A stretch of DNA of 64,000 bases from Candidatus Eiseniibacteriota bacterium (GTDB lineage Bacteria > Eisenbacteria > RBG-16-71-46). Position 1 is the first letter of the stretch, and the number at the start of each line of letters is the position of its first letter. The notes below the pieces were generated by a model. It saw nothing but the letters and a program-made list of their open reading frames with translations. It searched no databases and had not been told where the DNA came from. Below, in pieces: positions 30,102-42,204 of the stretch. The position numbers and the translations under genes were made by a program. The stretch lies in contig CAVSAC010000012.1 in the NCBI GenBank assembly GCA_963725865.1, positions 96,001 through 160,000 on the forward strand. The letters are read 5' to 3'.

Positions 30102-30718
30102 GTGCGCGGCGCCTCGAGCCCGTGCAGCCGCAGGGGCCGGGTGATCGACCAAGCCTCGTACACGCAGATCGCGAGGAACACCGCGTCCATCAGGCCGAGC
30201 CCGGTCCCCACCACGCGCACGAACAGCTCCGCGCTCTGCGGGATCACGCCGATGCGAAACGACTCGCCCTGTTTCGCGAGCGCTTGATTGATGAACGTCA
30301 TGTTCACGAGGTACGTGCCGGCCACGAAGCTCACGATCGAGACCGCGATCGCGATCGCTTGCAGTCCCACCGAGCGCTTGCCGCCGGCGAAGCGCACGAC
30401 GCCGTGGCCGACCAGGAACCCGATCGCGACCGCGATGAGCCCGAACGCGATGTGGGTGAGCGCGGTGAAGCCCCACCACACCAGCGCCCCCAGCGCCCCA
30501 CCCAGTACCGCCCCGAGCGTGGCAGCGGGGTAGGGGATGTCCGAGCCCATCGCGGCCACGGCCTGGCGCAGCTCCTCGCGCAGCGTCTCGTAGCACGCGC
30601 TGCAGAACACCCGGTCTCCCGCCGCGACTCGATCGCCGGGCGAGAGGGATCTGCCGCAGCGGGCGCATGCCTCGGCGCCGATCGCGGGCGTGGCGTCGAT
30701 GCGCGTGGGATCGGTCAT
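30098..30718 (-). CDS. Membrane protein with N-terminal Zn-binding CxxC pair
   Basis: CARC...CSAC followed by about 4 TM helices; GGAGG RBS. Confidence 0.7.
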   Translation of the reverse strand: MTDPTRIDATPAIGAEACARCGRSLSPGDRVAAGDRVFCSACYETLREELRQAVAAMGSDIPYPAATLGAVLGGALGALVWWGFTALTHIAFGLIAVAIGFLVGHGVVRFAGGKRSVGLQAIAIAVSIVSFVAGTYLVNMTFINQALAKQGESFRIGVIPQSAELFVRVVGTGLGLMDAVFLAICVYEAWSITRPLRLHGLEAPRT

Positions 30719-30818
30719 GGGCACCTCCGCGCGCAGGCTACGGGCCGCCCGCGGAGCGGTCAACGCCGAAGCACCGCGGAGCTTGACGCCCGCGCGCGCG
30801 GCCGACACTCTTCCGCGC

Positions 30819-31644
30819 ATGACGTCCGACGAGGCGCCCTACGTCCACGGCACCGATCCGCTCGAGCAGGCGCGCCTGACGCGCCTCAACGAGCTGATGA
30901 ACGCGGCCTCGCTGCGCGAGCTGGCGCTGGCGGGCGGCGAGCGGGTGCTGGACCTCGGCTGCGGGCTCGCTCAGCTCACGCGCGCGATGGCGCGGATCGC
31001 GGGGGTGCGCGCGCTGGGCATCGAGCGCAGCGCCGAGCAGCTCGCCGAGGCCGCGCGCCAGGCGCAGGCGGCCGGCGAGGCCGACGCTGATCGAGCTGCG
31101 CGCCGGCGACGCCCAGGCGCCGCCGCTGGCCGCGCACGAGTGGGGCGCGTTCGACCTCGCGCACGCGCGCTTCGTGCTCGAGCACGTGGCCGATCCGCTG
31201 GCGGTGGTGCGCGCGATGGTGCGCGCGGTGCGTCCCGGCGGACGGATCGTGCTGGCGGACGACGACCACGACGTGCTGCGACTGTGGCCCGCACCGGCCG
31301 GCCTCGCCGAGGTGTGGGCCGCCTACCAGCGCAGCTACCTGCGCGCCGGGCGCGATCCGATCGTCGGCCGGCGCCTGGTCGAGCTGCTGAGCGCGGCCGG
31401 CGCGCGACCGCGGCGGTGCACGTGGGTGTTCTTCGGAGCCTGCGCCGGCCAGCCCGGATTCGCGGACCTGGTCGAGAATCTCGCCCACATCCTCGAAGGC
31501 GCGCGCTCGGCGATCGTGGCGGCCGGTCCGCTGGAGCCTGCCGCGGTCGACGCTGCGGCCGCGGAGGTGCGCTCGTGGGGCCGCCGGCCGGACGCCGCAC
31601 TCTGGTATGCGATGGCATGGGCCGAGGGTTTGGCTGCGGGATGA
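30819..31644 (+). CDS. SAM-dependent methyltransferase, apparent frameshift near 31085
   Basis: YVHG..EQARL, VLDLGCG; FDLAHARFVLEH and VRPGGRIVL in a second frame. Confidence 0.8.
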
Positions 31645-31757
31645 CGTAGTATGGCCGTCAAGTCGGCCGGGCTGCTGGAGCCTCGGAGCCTCCTCAACCC
31701 GTTGCCGAGCAACTCCGTCTGGGGGCGGCTCGTAGACCGAGCGCGCTGCCGGACGGA

Positions 31758-31786
31758 TTGACGGGTCGCGAGCCTTGGTCTAGCGT
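31758..31786 (+). promoter_or_regulatory. Sigma70-like promoter
   Basis: TTGACG-17 nt-TAGCGT upstream of the beta-barrel gene, which has an AGGAGG RBS. Confidence 0.5.
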
Positions 31787-31842
31787 GCCGCGCCGTCCAG
31801 GTCGCTACCCCCGAGTAACGGTTCCTTACAAGGAGGCAAGGC

Positions 31843-32400
31843 ATGAAGAAGATCGTGATCCTGACGGGGCTGCTGATGCTCGTCGCGAGTGCTTCGTTCG
31901 CCGCGGTCGGCGACATGTGGTTCGGCGTCACCGGCGGCGCCGCGTTGCCCAACGGTCCGGTGGGCAGTGCTTACAAGACCGGATACGGCGGCACCATCTA
32001 CGGCTCGTACGGCGTGGCCAAGGACTGCGCGGTCGGCATCGAGGCCGGAGTCTGGACCTTCAAGGGCGATACCAACGACAACCTGACGGCGACCATGATC
32101 CCGGTCACCGCGTTCGCCACCTACACGGTGCCGCTCTCGGACCCCAAGATGCGCCCGTACGCGAAGGTCGACGCGGGCATGTACAACGTCAAGGTCAAGC
32201 TCGACGTGCCGGCTCCGAACGGATTCGAGCAGACCGACTCCAAGTTCGGCTTCAAGGTGGGCGGCGGCTTCGACTACGAGGTCAGCCCGAGCTACACGCT
32301 CGGTGTGACGGCGGCGTTCGAGTCGATCCAGACCGACAACGATCCGTTCAACTTCATCTCGGTCGGCCTGAAGCTGGGCTTCGGGATGCCGAAGAAGTAG
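31843..32400 (+). CDS. Outer membrane beta-barrel protein (OmpA/OmpW-like)
   Basis: Signal peptide, alternating beta strands, RPYAKV.AG, GGGFDY. Confidence 0.85.
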   Translation: MKKIVILTGLLMLVASASFAAVGDMWFGVTGGAALPNGPVGSAYKTGYGGTIYGSYGVAKDCAVGIEAGVWTFKGDTNDNLTATMIPVTAFATYTVPLSDPKMRPYAKVDAGMYNVKVKLDVPAPNGFEQTDSKFGFKVGGGFDYEVSPSYTLGVTAAFESIQTDNDPFNFISVGLKLGFGMPKK

Positions 32401-32425
32401 CTCGCGACCGCTGCCGAGACACCAT

Positions 32426-32455
32426 GAACGGCCGGGGCCATCGCCCCGGCCGTTC
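32426..32455. terminator. Hairpin between convergent genes
   Basis: GAACGGCCGGGGC-catc-GCCCCGGCCGTTC, 13-bp perfect stem. Confidence 0.7.
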
Positions 32456-32478
32456 GCGTTCGTGCGCCCGCGGGCGCT

Positions 32479-32961
32479 TCAGCGCTGCGCGCGGATGAAG
32501 GCGCCGGCGACCAGCGAGGTGACGAGCCCCGTCACCACGGTGCCGATCCCGCCCGCCAGCGCGTTGCCCAGCGGCGTCTGGTGGCGCGCCTGGTGCGCGA
32601 GCGCGGCCGCGATCTCGCTCTCGCCGAGTCCCTGGTCGCGCATCATGCCCACGTGGACCGCGCGCAGCTCCTCCAGGTAGTGCGGGAACGCCACGGTCGT
32701 GAACAGCAGCGAACCGCCGACGATGAGAACCGCGGCCAGCGCCGAGGCGAGCGTGCCCGCGAACACCTGGCCGCCGTAGCCGCGACCCTGGGCGGCGGTC
32801 CGCGAGAGCATGCCGACCAGCAACGCGATCTGCAGCGGGATCACCAGGAAGAACAGCCGCAGCAGGACCGGGTGGCGGAACCAGCCCGTGACGCCCATCA
32901 CGAATGTCCACGCCACCACCGCGAACCCCAGGATCGCGGCGTACGACACGATGGTCTTCAT
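32479..32961 (-). CDS. DUF4199-like membrane protein
   Basis: Four TM helices, YG near the N-terminus, YxxxxxxG motif, helical loop. Confidence 0.65.
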   Translation of the reverse strand: MKTIVSYAAILGFAVVAWTFVMGVTGWFRHPVLLRLFFLVIPLQIALLVGMLSRTAAQGRGYGGQVFAGTLASALAAVLIVGGSLLFTTVAFPHYLEELRAVHVGMMRDQGLGESEIAAALAHQARHQTPLGNALAGGIGTVVTGLVTSLVAGAFIRAQR

Positions 32962-33005
32962 CTCGAGGCCTCCGGAGGGAGCAGGGAGCGCGCTCGCGCT
33001 CGTCC

Positions 33006-33827
33006 TCAGACGTTCAGCGCGCTCGCGAATCCCCGGTGGTGGCGTTCGCAGGCCGGATGACGGATGCCGAGCAGCCGATACACCGCGCGACCCGCCTCGC
33101 GCGCGATCGTACCCGCGCCGTCCCTCTGGGCGCGCATCGCCTCGACCAGCGCGCCGAGCGCGCCGTCCCAGTCGCCGGCGCGCAGGTCGCGCGCCGCCGC
33201 GAGGGCGTGGACCTTGGCCGCCCCGGCCGGCAGCGCCTCGGGAGTGTCCGCCAGCTGGGCGAGAGCGGCGAGCGTGCGCAGCGCGGCGGCGCGTTCGTGG
33301 TGCTCGGAGTCGGCGCCGATCGGCGACACCACCTCGTCGACCCGCGCCGGATCGAGTCGCAGCAGGACCTGTCCCAGCAGCACCCGCGCCTCGTCGTGGC
33401 GCGGCTCACGCTCGAGCACCGCCCGCAGCGCCAGCGCGGCCTCGTAGAAGCGCCCCTGCGCCAGCATCGCCGCGGCCTCGTCGACGGCGGCGTTGGCCGG
33501 CGAGGGGATGGCCCCGGCGAGCCAGCGCCGCACCGCCTCGGCGGGCAGCGCGCCGGTGAATTCGTCGGCGACCTCGCCGTCGATGAACAGCTTGCAGTTC
33601 GGGATGCCCTGGATGCCGTAGCGCTCCGCCAGCTCGGGGTGGGCCTCGGTGTCGACCTTCGCGAGCACCCAGCGACCGTCGGCCTCGCGGGCGAGCTGCT
33701 CGAGCGTCGGCCCGAGCATGCGGCAGGGACCGCACCAGGCGGCCCAGAAGTCGACCAGCACCGGGACCGCGCGGCTGCGCTCGATCACGTCGGTCTGGAA
33801 GTCGCTGATCTCGTACGTCACGGTCAC
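33006..33827 (-). CDS. Thioredoxin-TPR protein (YbbN/CnoX-like)
   Basis: VLVDFWAAWCGPC followed by TPR helices. Confidence 0.9.
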   Translation of the reverse strand: MTVTYEISDFQTDVIERSRAVPVLVDFWAAWCGPCRMLGPTLEQLAREADGRWVLAKVDTEAHPELAERYGIQGIPNCKLFIDGEVADEFTGALPAEAVRRWLAGAIPSPANAAVDEAAAMLAQGRFYEAALALRAVLEREPRHDEARVLLGQVLLRLDPARVDEVVSPIGADSEHHERAAALRTLAALAQLADTPEALPAGAAKVHALAAARDLRAGDWDGALGALVEAMRAQRDGAGTIAREAGRAVYRLLGIRHPACERHHRGFASALNV

Positions 33828-33991
33828 GAATCGTCCCTCCGGGAAGTCGTCCGACGTTTGGAGTCGCGACGGGCCCGGGAGGATTCGGGCGCGGTGGGCC
33901 GGCGGGGCGCACGCGAAGTTGGTCGCGGGCCCGGCGCGAGGTTACATTCCCCGGTCCCAGCCGCCTGCGGAACCCCACCCGAGAGACCTCC

Positions 33992-36268
33992 ATGATCGGC
34001 GACACGCTCGGTCGCTACCGGATCCTCGAACGCCTTGGCGAAGGCGGGATGGGAATCGTGTACCGCGCGGAGGACCCGCGGCTGGGGCGCGAGGTGGCGC
34101 TCAAGGTCCTGCGCGAGGACGCGCTGCGCGACGCGGCCGCCCGCGAGCGCTTCCGGCTCGAAGCCCGCGCGCTGTCGCGCCTGCTGCATCCGAACATCGC
34201 GACGCTGTTCGATTTCGATGCCGACGGCGGCACCGACTATCTGGTGCTCGAGTACGTGGCGGGGCAGACGCTGGCGGAGCTGCTGGACTCCGGATCGCTG
34301 CCCGAGGCGCGCGCGCGCGCACTCGCGCTGGAGATCGCGGAGGCGCTGCAGGCGGCGCACGAGCAGGGCGTCGTGCATCGCGATCTCAAGCCCAGCAACG
34401 TCGCGCTGACGCCCCGCGGTCACGCCAAGGTGCTCGATTTCGGGCTCGCCCACTGCGTCCCTGACCGGGACGACCTGACCCGCGCGAGCACCCGGGATTT
34501 CGCTCCGGAGCTCTCCGGGACGCTGGCCTACATGGCGCCGGAGCAGATCGAGCACGGACGCTGCGATGCGCGCTCCGACTTGTGGGCGCTCGGGGTGCTG
34601 CTGTTCGAGGCGACCACCGGCAGGCAGCCGTTCCACGCGGACTCGGCGGTCACGCTGCTCTACCGCATCGTCCACGAGGACGCGCCCGCGCTCGCGGATG
34701 TCCGTCCCGGCCTGTCGGCCGAGCTGAGCGCGATCGTGGCGCGCTGCCTGCAGAAGGATCCCGCCCATCGCTTCGCGGACGCCGGCGCACTGATCCGCGC
34801 GCTGCGCGGCGAATCCACGGGCCCGAGCATGCCCTCGTCGCCGGCGCCCGCGCGCGAAGGCCGCGACGCTCCGCTGCCGCCCGCGACCGTGCGCTCGCTG
34901 GCGGTGCTGCCGTTCCAGAACCGCTCGGGCGATCCGGCGCAGGAGTTCTTCGCGGACGGGATGACCGACGCGCTGATCGCCGACCTCGCGCAGATCGGCG
35001 CGCTGCGCGTGATCTCGCGGACCTCCGCGATGCGCTTCAAGGGCTCGGACCGGCCGCTGCCCGAGATCGCGCGCGAGCTGAAGGTCGACGCGATCGTGGA
35101 GGGCTCCGCCCTCCGCGCGGGCGACCGGGTGCGCATCACGGTCCAGTTGATCGAGGCGGCCACCGACCGGAGCCTGTGGGCGCGGAGCTTCGAGCGCGAC
35201 CTCACCGACATCCTCGCGCTCCAGAGCGAGGTGACCCACGCGATCGCCGACGGCATCCGCGTGCAGCTCACGCCCGACGAGCAGGCGCGCAGCGCCCCCA
35301 AGGGCGCGGTGGATCCGGCCGCGCACCTGGCCTACCTGCAGGGACGCTTCCTCTGGAACCGCATGTCCCCGGAGGCGCTCCGCCAGAGCATCGCGCTGTA
35401 CGAGCAGGCGCTGGCGATCGATCCCCGGTACAGCCTCGCGTACGCCGGGCTCGCGGACGCCTACAGCGTCCTCGGCAACACCAACGTGCTCCCGCCGCAC
35501 GAGAGCTACGCGCGCGCGAAGGAGGCCGCCGAGCGCGGACTGGCGCTCGACCCCACGCTCGCCGACCTGCACGCGTCGCTGGGGTTCGTGCTGCGCTTCC
35601 ACGACTGGGACTGGCCGCTGGCGGAGCGTGCCTTCCTGCGCGCGATCGAGCTGAATCCGGGTTACGCCAGCGGGCGGCGCTGGTACGCGCAGTTCCTGTC
35701 CGGGATGGCCCGTCACGAGGAGGCCATCGCGGAGGCCGAGCGCGCGCTGGAGCTGGATCCGCTCTCGCTCGTCATCCACACCGCGGTCGGGGACGTGCTG
35801 TTCTACGCGCGCCGCTTCGAGCGGGCCATCGACTACTACCGCCGCTGCCTCGAGATGGATCCCTCGTTCGGCCCCGGGCACACCGACCTCGCGCGTGCCC
35901 TCGAGCACGTCGGTCGGCTGGACGAGGCGCTCGAGCACATGCGGCTCGGTACCTCGTCGCCGGACTCCGCGGCCTCGGCGTCCGCGGGACTGGCGATCCT
36001 GCTCGCGCGCGCCGGGCGCCGGGACGAGGCGACGGCGGCGATCGAGCGGGTGATGGAGCGGGCGCGCGACCGATTCGTCTCGCCGTTCGGGATCGCCTCG
36101 TACCACGCGATCGTCGGGCAGAACGCGGAGGCGCTCGACTGGCTCGAGCGCGCCCACGAGGCGCGCGACGGGGCGCTGGTGTGGATCAAGGTGCACCCGC
36201 GGCTCGACGGCCTGCGGGGCGAGCCGCGCTTCCGCGACCTGCTGGCGCGGATGCGACTGGAGGCGTGA
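33992..36268 (+). CDS. Hanks-type Ser/Thr kinase with TolB-like and TPR domains
   Basis: LGEGGMG, VALK, HRDLKPSN, DFG, YMAPE, DLWALG; SLAVLPFQN; TPRs. Confidence 0.93.
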   Translation: MIGDTLGRYRILERLGEGGMGIVYRAEDPRLGREVALKVLREDALRDAAARERFRLEARALSRLLHPNIATLFDFDADGGTDYLVLEYVAGQTLAELLDSGSLPEARARALALEIAEALQAAHEQGVVHRDLKPSNVALTPRGHAKVLDFGLAHCVPDRDDLTRASTRDFAPELSGTLAYMAPEQIEHGRCDARSDLWALGVLLFEATTGRQPFHADSAVTLLYRIVHEDAPALADVRPGLSAELSAIVARCLQKDPAHRFADAGALIRALRGESTGPSMPSSPAPAREGRDAPLPPATVRSLAVLPFQNRSGDPAQEFFADGMTDALIADLAQIGALRVISRTSAMRFKGSDRPLPEIARELKVDAIVEGSALRAGDRVRITVQLIEAATDRSLWARSFERDLTDILALQSEVTHAIADGIRVQLTPDEQARSAPKGAVDPAAHLAYLQGRFLWNRMSPEALRQSIALYEQALAIDPRYSLAYAGLADAYSVLGNTNVLPPHESYARAKEAAERGLALDPTLADLHASLGFVLRFHDWDWPLAERAFLRAIELNPGYASGRRWYAQFLSGMARHEEAIAEAERALELDPLSLVIHTAVGDVLFYARRFERAIDYYRRCLEMDPSFGPGHTDLARALEHVGRLDEALEHMRLGTSSPDSAASASAGLAILLARAGRRDEATAAIERVMERARDRFVSPFGIASYHAIVGQNAEALDWLERAHEARDGALVWIKVHPRLDGLRGEPRFRDLLARMRLEA

Positions 36269-36300
36269 GCCGCGCGTCGACGACCGGGATGCGGCGCGCG

Positions 36301-37065
36301 CTACGAGGAGCGACCGGGCGCGGGCCCCTTCGCGCGCGGCGGGCTGAACGCGTCCCGGGTCAGCGGCGGATTCACGATCACCGTGCGGATGGTGGTCGCG
36401 CCCGTGTGGGCGCCCGAGGCCCAGTTCTGTTCGCGGAACGCGAACCACACCCCGTCGACGGAGCGCCAGTCCTCGTAGTAGGTCTCGAAGTGCGTCTCCA
36501 TGCCGCCGTGCGTGAGCAGCCCCTGGCTCATGCGCACGCGCCAGGTCTCCGGGTCGGCGTACACGCGCAGCCGCAGCGAGCCCTCGAGCGGGATCTCGAC
36601 GCCGGGCCAGCGCAGGCTGTCGCGCTCGAACGGCTCGATCAGCCGCGCGTCCGCCTGGCGGTCGTGCAGGATCCATGGCACCGCCGCGCGCGCGGCCTGC
36701 AGCACGATCGCATCCCGCATCGGTCCGGAGGACGCCTCGAACGCCCCGCCGCCGACCGCGCGCCAGCCCTGACGGCCGTCGAGCAGCCGCGCCTCGTGCC
36801 CGTCGGCGTAGTCGATGAGCACCTTGAGGCGCGCGGGGCCCGCCGACACGCGCACGGTCGGGGACTCGTCGTGACGCCGGATCGAGAACAGCGTGCCCTC
36901 GATCCGGTAGGTCTTCACCCGCTGGAGCCGGTTCCAGCCGCCGTGCGCCGCGAGCACGCGCGCGATGAACGCCGGCGCGTCGGCCGGCTCGGCGGCGCGC
37001 GCCGGAGCCGCGCCCGCGCACGCGAGCAGCGCCACCACCACCCAGGTCCCGGCTCGCGAGTTCAT
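36301..37065 (-). CDS. Exported hypothetical protein (LolA-like fold candidate)
   Basis: Signal peptide, AHGG, YEDWRSVDGVWF, IVNPPL..F motifs. Confidence 0.7.
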   Translation of the reverse strand: MNSRAGTWVVVALLACAGAAPARAAEPADAPAFIARVLAAHGGWNRLQRVKTYRIEGTLFSIRRHDESPTVRVSAGPARLKVLIDYADGHEARLLDGRQGWRAVGGGAFEASSGPMRDAIVLQAARAAVPWILHDRQADARLIEPFERDSLRWPGVEIPLEGSLRLRVYADPETWRVRMSQGLLTHGGMETHFETYYEDWRSVDGVWFAFREQNWASGAHTGATTIRTVIVNPPLTRDAFSPPRAKGPAPGRSS

Positions 37066-37089
37066 GGGTCGCAGGCTACCACGGCGCAC

Positions 37090-39261
37090 TCAGTGCGCAC
37101 CCAGCGCCCGGTCGATCGCGTGAATCCGAGTGCGCGCGTGGTCGAGCAGCGGGGCGCTGGCCGGCAGCGCCAGCACGCGTTGGTACTCGCGGCGCGCCTC
37201 GGCGAGTCGCCGGGCCTTCGCCAGGGCGTCGGCCCCCGCGATGATCCTGCGGGCGTCGACGTCGTGGCCGAGCGACTCGACGCTCGCGCGATCCTGCTCG
37301 TCGAGCGGCAGCGCGAGGGTGGCCTCGATCGCCTCCGAGGCGGCGGCGTACCGTGCCGCCTTCAGGGCCGCCGTCGCATCGCGCATCCCCATCCGGCAGC
37401 GCACCTTCACGATCGTACGCCCCACCTGCAGTCGCGCGTCGCCATCCGGCGCCAGCGGGCGGGCCTGTTCCAGCGTCCCGATCGCTCCATCGAAGTCGCC
37501 GGCGTTGGACCGCGATACACCTTCGTCGAGCAGCCGGTTGAAGTCGCGGATCGCGAGGTTGCGGCGGGCCTGCGAGCGGATCGCGAGCGCACGCGAGCGC
37601 ACGTCGGGCTCCGACGCCTGTTCGGCGAGCGCCCCCGCGAGCGAATCCGCCAGCGCCCAGCGTCCGCCGCTCGCGGCGTCCTGAACGTTCCGCAGCTGCG
37701 CTTCCGCCAGCGCCGCCGTCACTCCGACCGCCGCTCCGCGCGAACCGGTCGTCAGCACGCGGTCGCGCAGCACCGCCTCGGCGGTCGCACGGTCCCCGCT
37801 GCGGGCCGCCAGCGTCGCGAGGTCGGCGGCCACGTCGATCCGGCCGGGGGCCAGCTCGAGCGCGCGCGCGAGCGCGCGGATCGCCGAGGTGTCGACCGGT
37901 CCGTCTTCGATCAGGAAGGTGCGGCCGAAGCCGGCCAGCGCCTCGGGATCGTCGCCCTGCAGGGCGAGCGCGCGCCGGAACTGCTCGCGGGCGCGGCGCG
38001 CCCAGCCGGCCGCGCGCTCGTGCTGGGCCGGGCCCTGCGCCTGGTAGATGCGCTGCAGCAGGCCGAGCCCGGCCAGCAGGGGAACCTCGGGCTGCTGGTG
38101 GGCGAGCGCCGCGGCGCGCGCTTCGTGGAGGTCGGCCGCGCTCGTGTCGCCACTCACCTCCAGGCCGTAGCCGAGCCACGCGCGGCCCGCCGCCGAGGTC
38201 GAATCCCAGGTGGCCGCCGTGCGCAGATGATCGAGCGCATCGCCCTGGCGGTCCGGTCCGTACGAGAGCACCAGCGCGCCCAGCGCCTGGAGCGCCTCCC
38301 CGGCCGGCAGCTCGCGCGTTGCGATCGCCACGTTCGCCAATGGCCCGGCGAACTCCACCTTGCGGGTGTTCTCGAACGCGATGCGATCGAAGTACGCCGG
38401 CAGCTCCTGCGTCACCGCGTCCCAGTCGCCCGCCGCGAACGCGGCGTCGAATGCCGCGCGGGGTTTGGCGCCGGTGCGCAGCTGCGCGAGGAACGCCGCG
38501 AAGCGATCCGCGCGACCACCCGCCTTCGACTGCAGGTAGTGCGTCAGCAGCCACGATTCCGCGTAGAATGCGCGCTGGATCGAGTTGTCGCGCAGGTAGG
38601 CGCGGGCGCCCGTCTGCATGCCGGCGAGCGCGTCCAGCGTCATCAAGTCCTGATGCCGCGCCCACTCCAGCTTGTCGCTCTGCACCCGGCCCACCTCGGC
38701 CCACGAATCGGTGATGCGCACGGTCTCGTAGTACTGCGCCAGGCCCTCGTTGAGCCACAGCGGGAGGGTGGCGTAGTTCGCGCGCAGGTACAGATGCGTG
38801 TACTCGTGGTACAGCACCGCGGTGCGCGAATCGGGCACCGAGAGCGCGATCACGATGTGGCCGCCGAGGACTCCGGATCCCGAGAACCCCGCGAAGCTCT
38901 CCATCAGTGGGCTGAACGCGTAGGCGTGCAGCTCGGCGGTGTCGCGCAGCGCGATCACGTGGACGTGCGCGGGTGTGACGGCGCGCAGGTCGGGATTCAC
39001 GCGCGCCAGCACCTGGGTCAGTCGCTCGAGGCGGCGCGCCAGGTCGGTGGCCACCCCCGCGTCGGCATCGGTGAGCACGGTGAAGTGCGGCGTGCGGGCC
39101 GCGGCCCAGCTCGACTGCGTCACGAAGCCAGGAATCGCCGCGGCCCCGCTCGAGGCGCTCGCGGCGAGCAGCAGGACGGGCAGCATGAGCCGGACGAGGA
39201 TCGCCTGCGGCGCTCGCGGACGCACGCGATGACGGGCGGGGGAGCAGGGGCGGGTCGGCAC
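37090..39261 (-). CDS. Exported zincin-like metallopeptidase (DUF1570-like) with TPRs
   Basis: AAAGGAG RBS; RTPHF, HEYTH...PLWLNEGLA, FYAESW; TPR C-terminus. Confidence 0.75.
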   Translation of the reverse strand: MPTRPCSPARHRVRPRAPQAILVRLMLPVLLLAASASSGAAAIPGFVTQSSWAAARTPHFTVLTDADAGVATDLARRLERLTQVLARVNPDLRAVTPAHVHVIALRDTAELHAYAFSPLMESFAGFSGSGVLGGHIVIALSVPDSRTAVLYHEYTHLYLRANYATLPLWLNEGLAQYYETVRITDSWAEVGRVQSDKLEWARHQDLMTLDALAGMQTGARAYLRDNSIQRAFYAESWLLTHYLQSKAGGRADRFAAFLAQLRTGAKPRAAFDAAFAAGDWDAVTQELPAYFDRIAFENTRKVEFAGPLANVAIATRELPAGEALQALGALVLSYGPDRQGDALDHLRTAATWDSTSAAGRAWLGYGLEVSGDTSAADLHEARAAALAHQQPEVPLLAGLGLLQRIYQAQGPAQHERAAGWARRAREQFRRALALQGDDPEALAGFGRTFLIEDGPVDTSAIRALARALELAPGRIDVAADLATLAARSGDRATAEAVLRDRVLTTGSRGAAVGVTAALAEAQLRNVQDAASGGRWALADSLAGALAEQASEPDVRSRALAIRSQARRNLAIRDFNRLLDEGVSRSNAGDFDGAIGTLEQARPLAPDGDARLQVGRTIVKVRCRMGMRDATAALKAARYAAASEAIEATLALPLDEQDRASVESLGHDVDARRIIAGADALAKARRLAEARREYQRVLALPASAPLLDHARTRIHAIDRALGAH

Positions 39262-39416
39262 GGCGGCTCCTTTCGGTCCCACGCGCGAGCGGGGCGCGAG
39301 CCGAGAACGGGGGGAACGCCGCGAACCCTGACACAGTCCTCGCGGGCTGGCCACCTCGAAGCCGGCGACGCCGTGGAACTCGCGGCGGGCGCCCGGGGCC
39401 GCCGCGCGCACGCGCC

Positions 39417-41093
<1,677 letters not shown>

Positions 41094-41300
41094 CGCGTTC
41101 CTCACGGTGTTCGGGTGGGCGGGGACGATGACGCGGCGGGAGAAGATGCGCGATGGGCGCGGGTGCGCGCAAGTGGGGGGCTGGCAGCGTCTGGGGCGGC
41201 GGGCCCTGGAGTGGCGGCCGCGACGCGCTCGCGGCCGTGCCGCCACCAACGCGAACGGGGTGGCGCACGCCGCGCCACCCCGTCACGCGAAGTCGCAGGC

Positions 41301-41609
41301 CTAGCTGGTCGCGCCCGCCGGATGGCGCTTCTTCATCAGCGCCCACACCAGCGCCGCGATCGCGATGAACGGCAGCGCAGGCAGCAGGAACAGGATCAGC
41401 GCCCCGCCGCCGAATACCACCAGGCCGAGCAGCCCGAACACCAGCAGGAACGGCAGCGCCAGCAGCGCCGCGAGCAGCTTGAAGGTCCAGCGCAGCAGCG
41501 TGAACGGGAGCGCGACCACCCACCACAGCAACGATGCCACCGACGCCAGCACTCCCAGGACGATCAGGGCGGTGAAGCCCAGCGCAGCCAGGACCACCAG
41601 CTCGATCAC
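41301..41609 (-). CDS. Small hydrophobic membrane protein
   Basis: AAAGGAG RBS, 102 aa almost entirely hydrophobic; GC hairpin downstream. Confidence 0.65.
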   Translation of the reverse strand: MIELVVLAALGFTALIVLGVLASVASLLWWVVALPFTLLRWTFKLLAALLALPFLLVFGLLGLVVFGGGALILFLLPALPFIAIAALVWALMKKRHPAGATS

Positions 41610-41921
41610 GGCACGGCTCCTTTCACTGCATCGATCCGGACGCGGCGTCCGGCGCGGACGCCTCCCGCCCTGCATGTCGTGGGGATGATACGCCCGGGTC
41701 GGCCGGAGGGTTGCAGGCGGCACGCGTGCCGCCGCCCCGCCGGCGCCGCCCGGCGCCGCCGCCACCGCCGGCGCCGGCCGCCGCGCGAGGCACGGCTCGT
41801 TGCGCCGTGCCGCACGGCCCGGCGGCGCCAAGCCAAGCTCATGTCGCCCATCCGGTTCCTGTCGTGGGCCGCGACCTCTGCTAGAGTCGCGCGACCACCG
41901 TCCCGAACCACGGAGAGCGCC

Positions 41922-42161
41922 ATGGCTTCGACCCGGATCACCGTCGTCAACAACGGCTCGCTGCGCATCGAGGGCGACTTCGAGGTCGTCGACCAGGAGG
42001 GCAAGTCGTTCGGGCTCGCCGGCCGCACGCGGGTGTCGCTGTGTCGCTGCGGCATGTCGAGCAACAAGCCGTTCTGCGACAGCTCCCACAAGACCTGCGG
42101 ATTCACCTCGACCCTGGTCGCGTTCGAGCTCGCCCCGCCCGCGCCCAAGCCGGGGGCGTGA
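41922..42161 (+). CDS. CDGSH iron-sulfur domain protein
   Basis: LCRCGMSSNKPFCDSSH. Confidence 0.92.
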   Translation: MASTRITVVNNGSLRIEGDFEVVDQEGKSFGLAGRTRVSLCRCGMSSNKPFCDSSHKTCGFTSTLVAFELAPPAPKPGA

Positions 42162-42204
42162 CGCGACGCCGACGCGCCCGCGCGAACCGCGGAGCCCGGC
42201 CGCG

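Noticed and set aside
41720..41790. GCC-rich low-complexity run between divergent genes
   Set aside because: Consistent with background GC composition; no defined repeat unit
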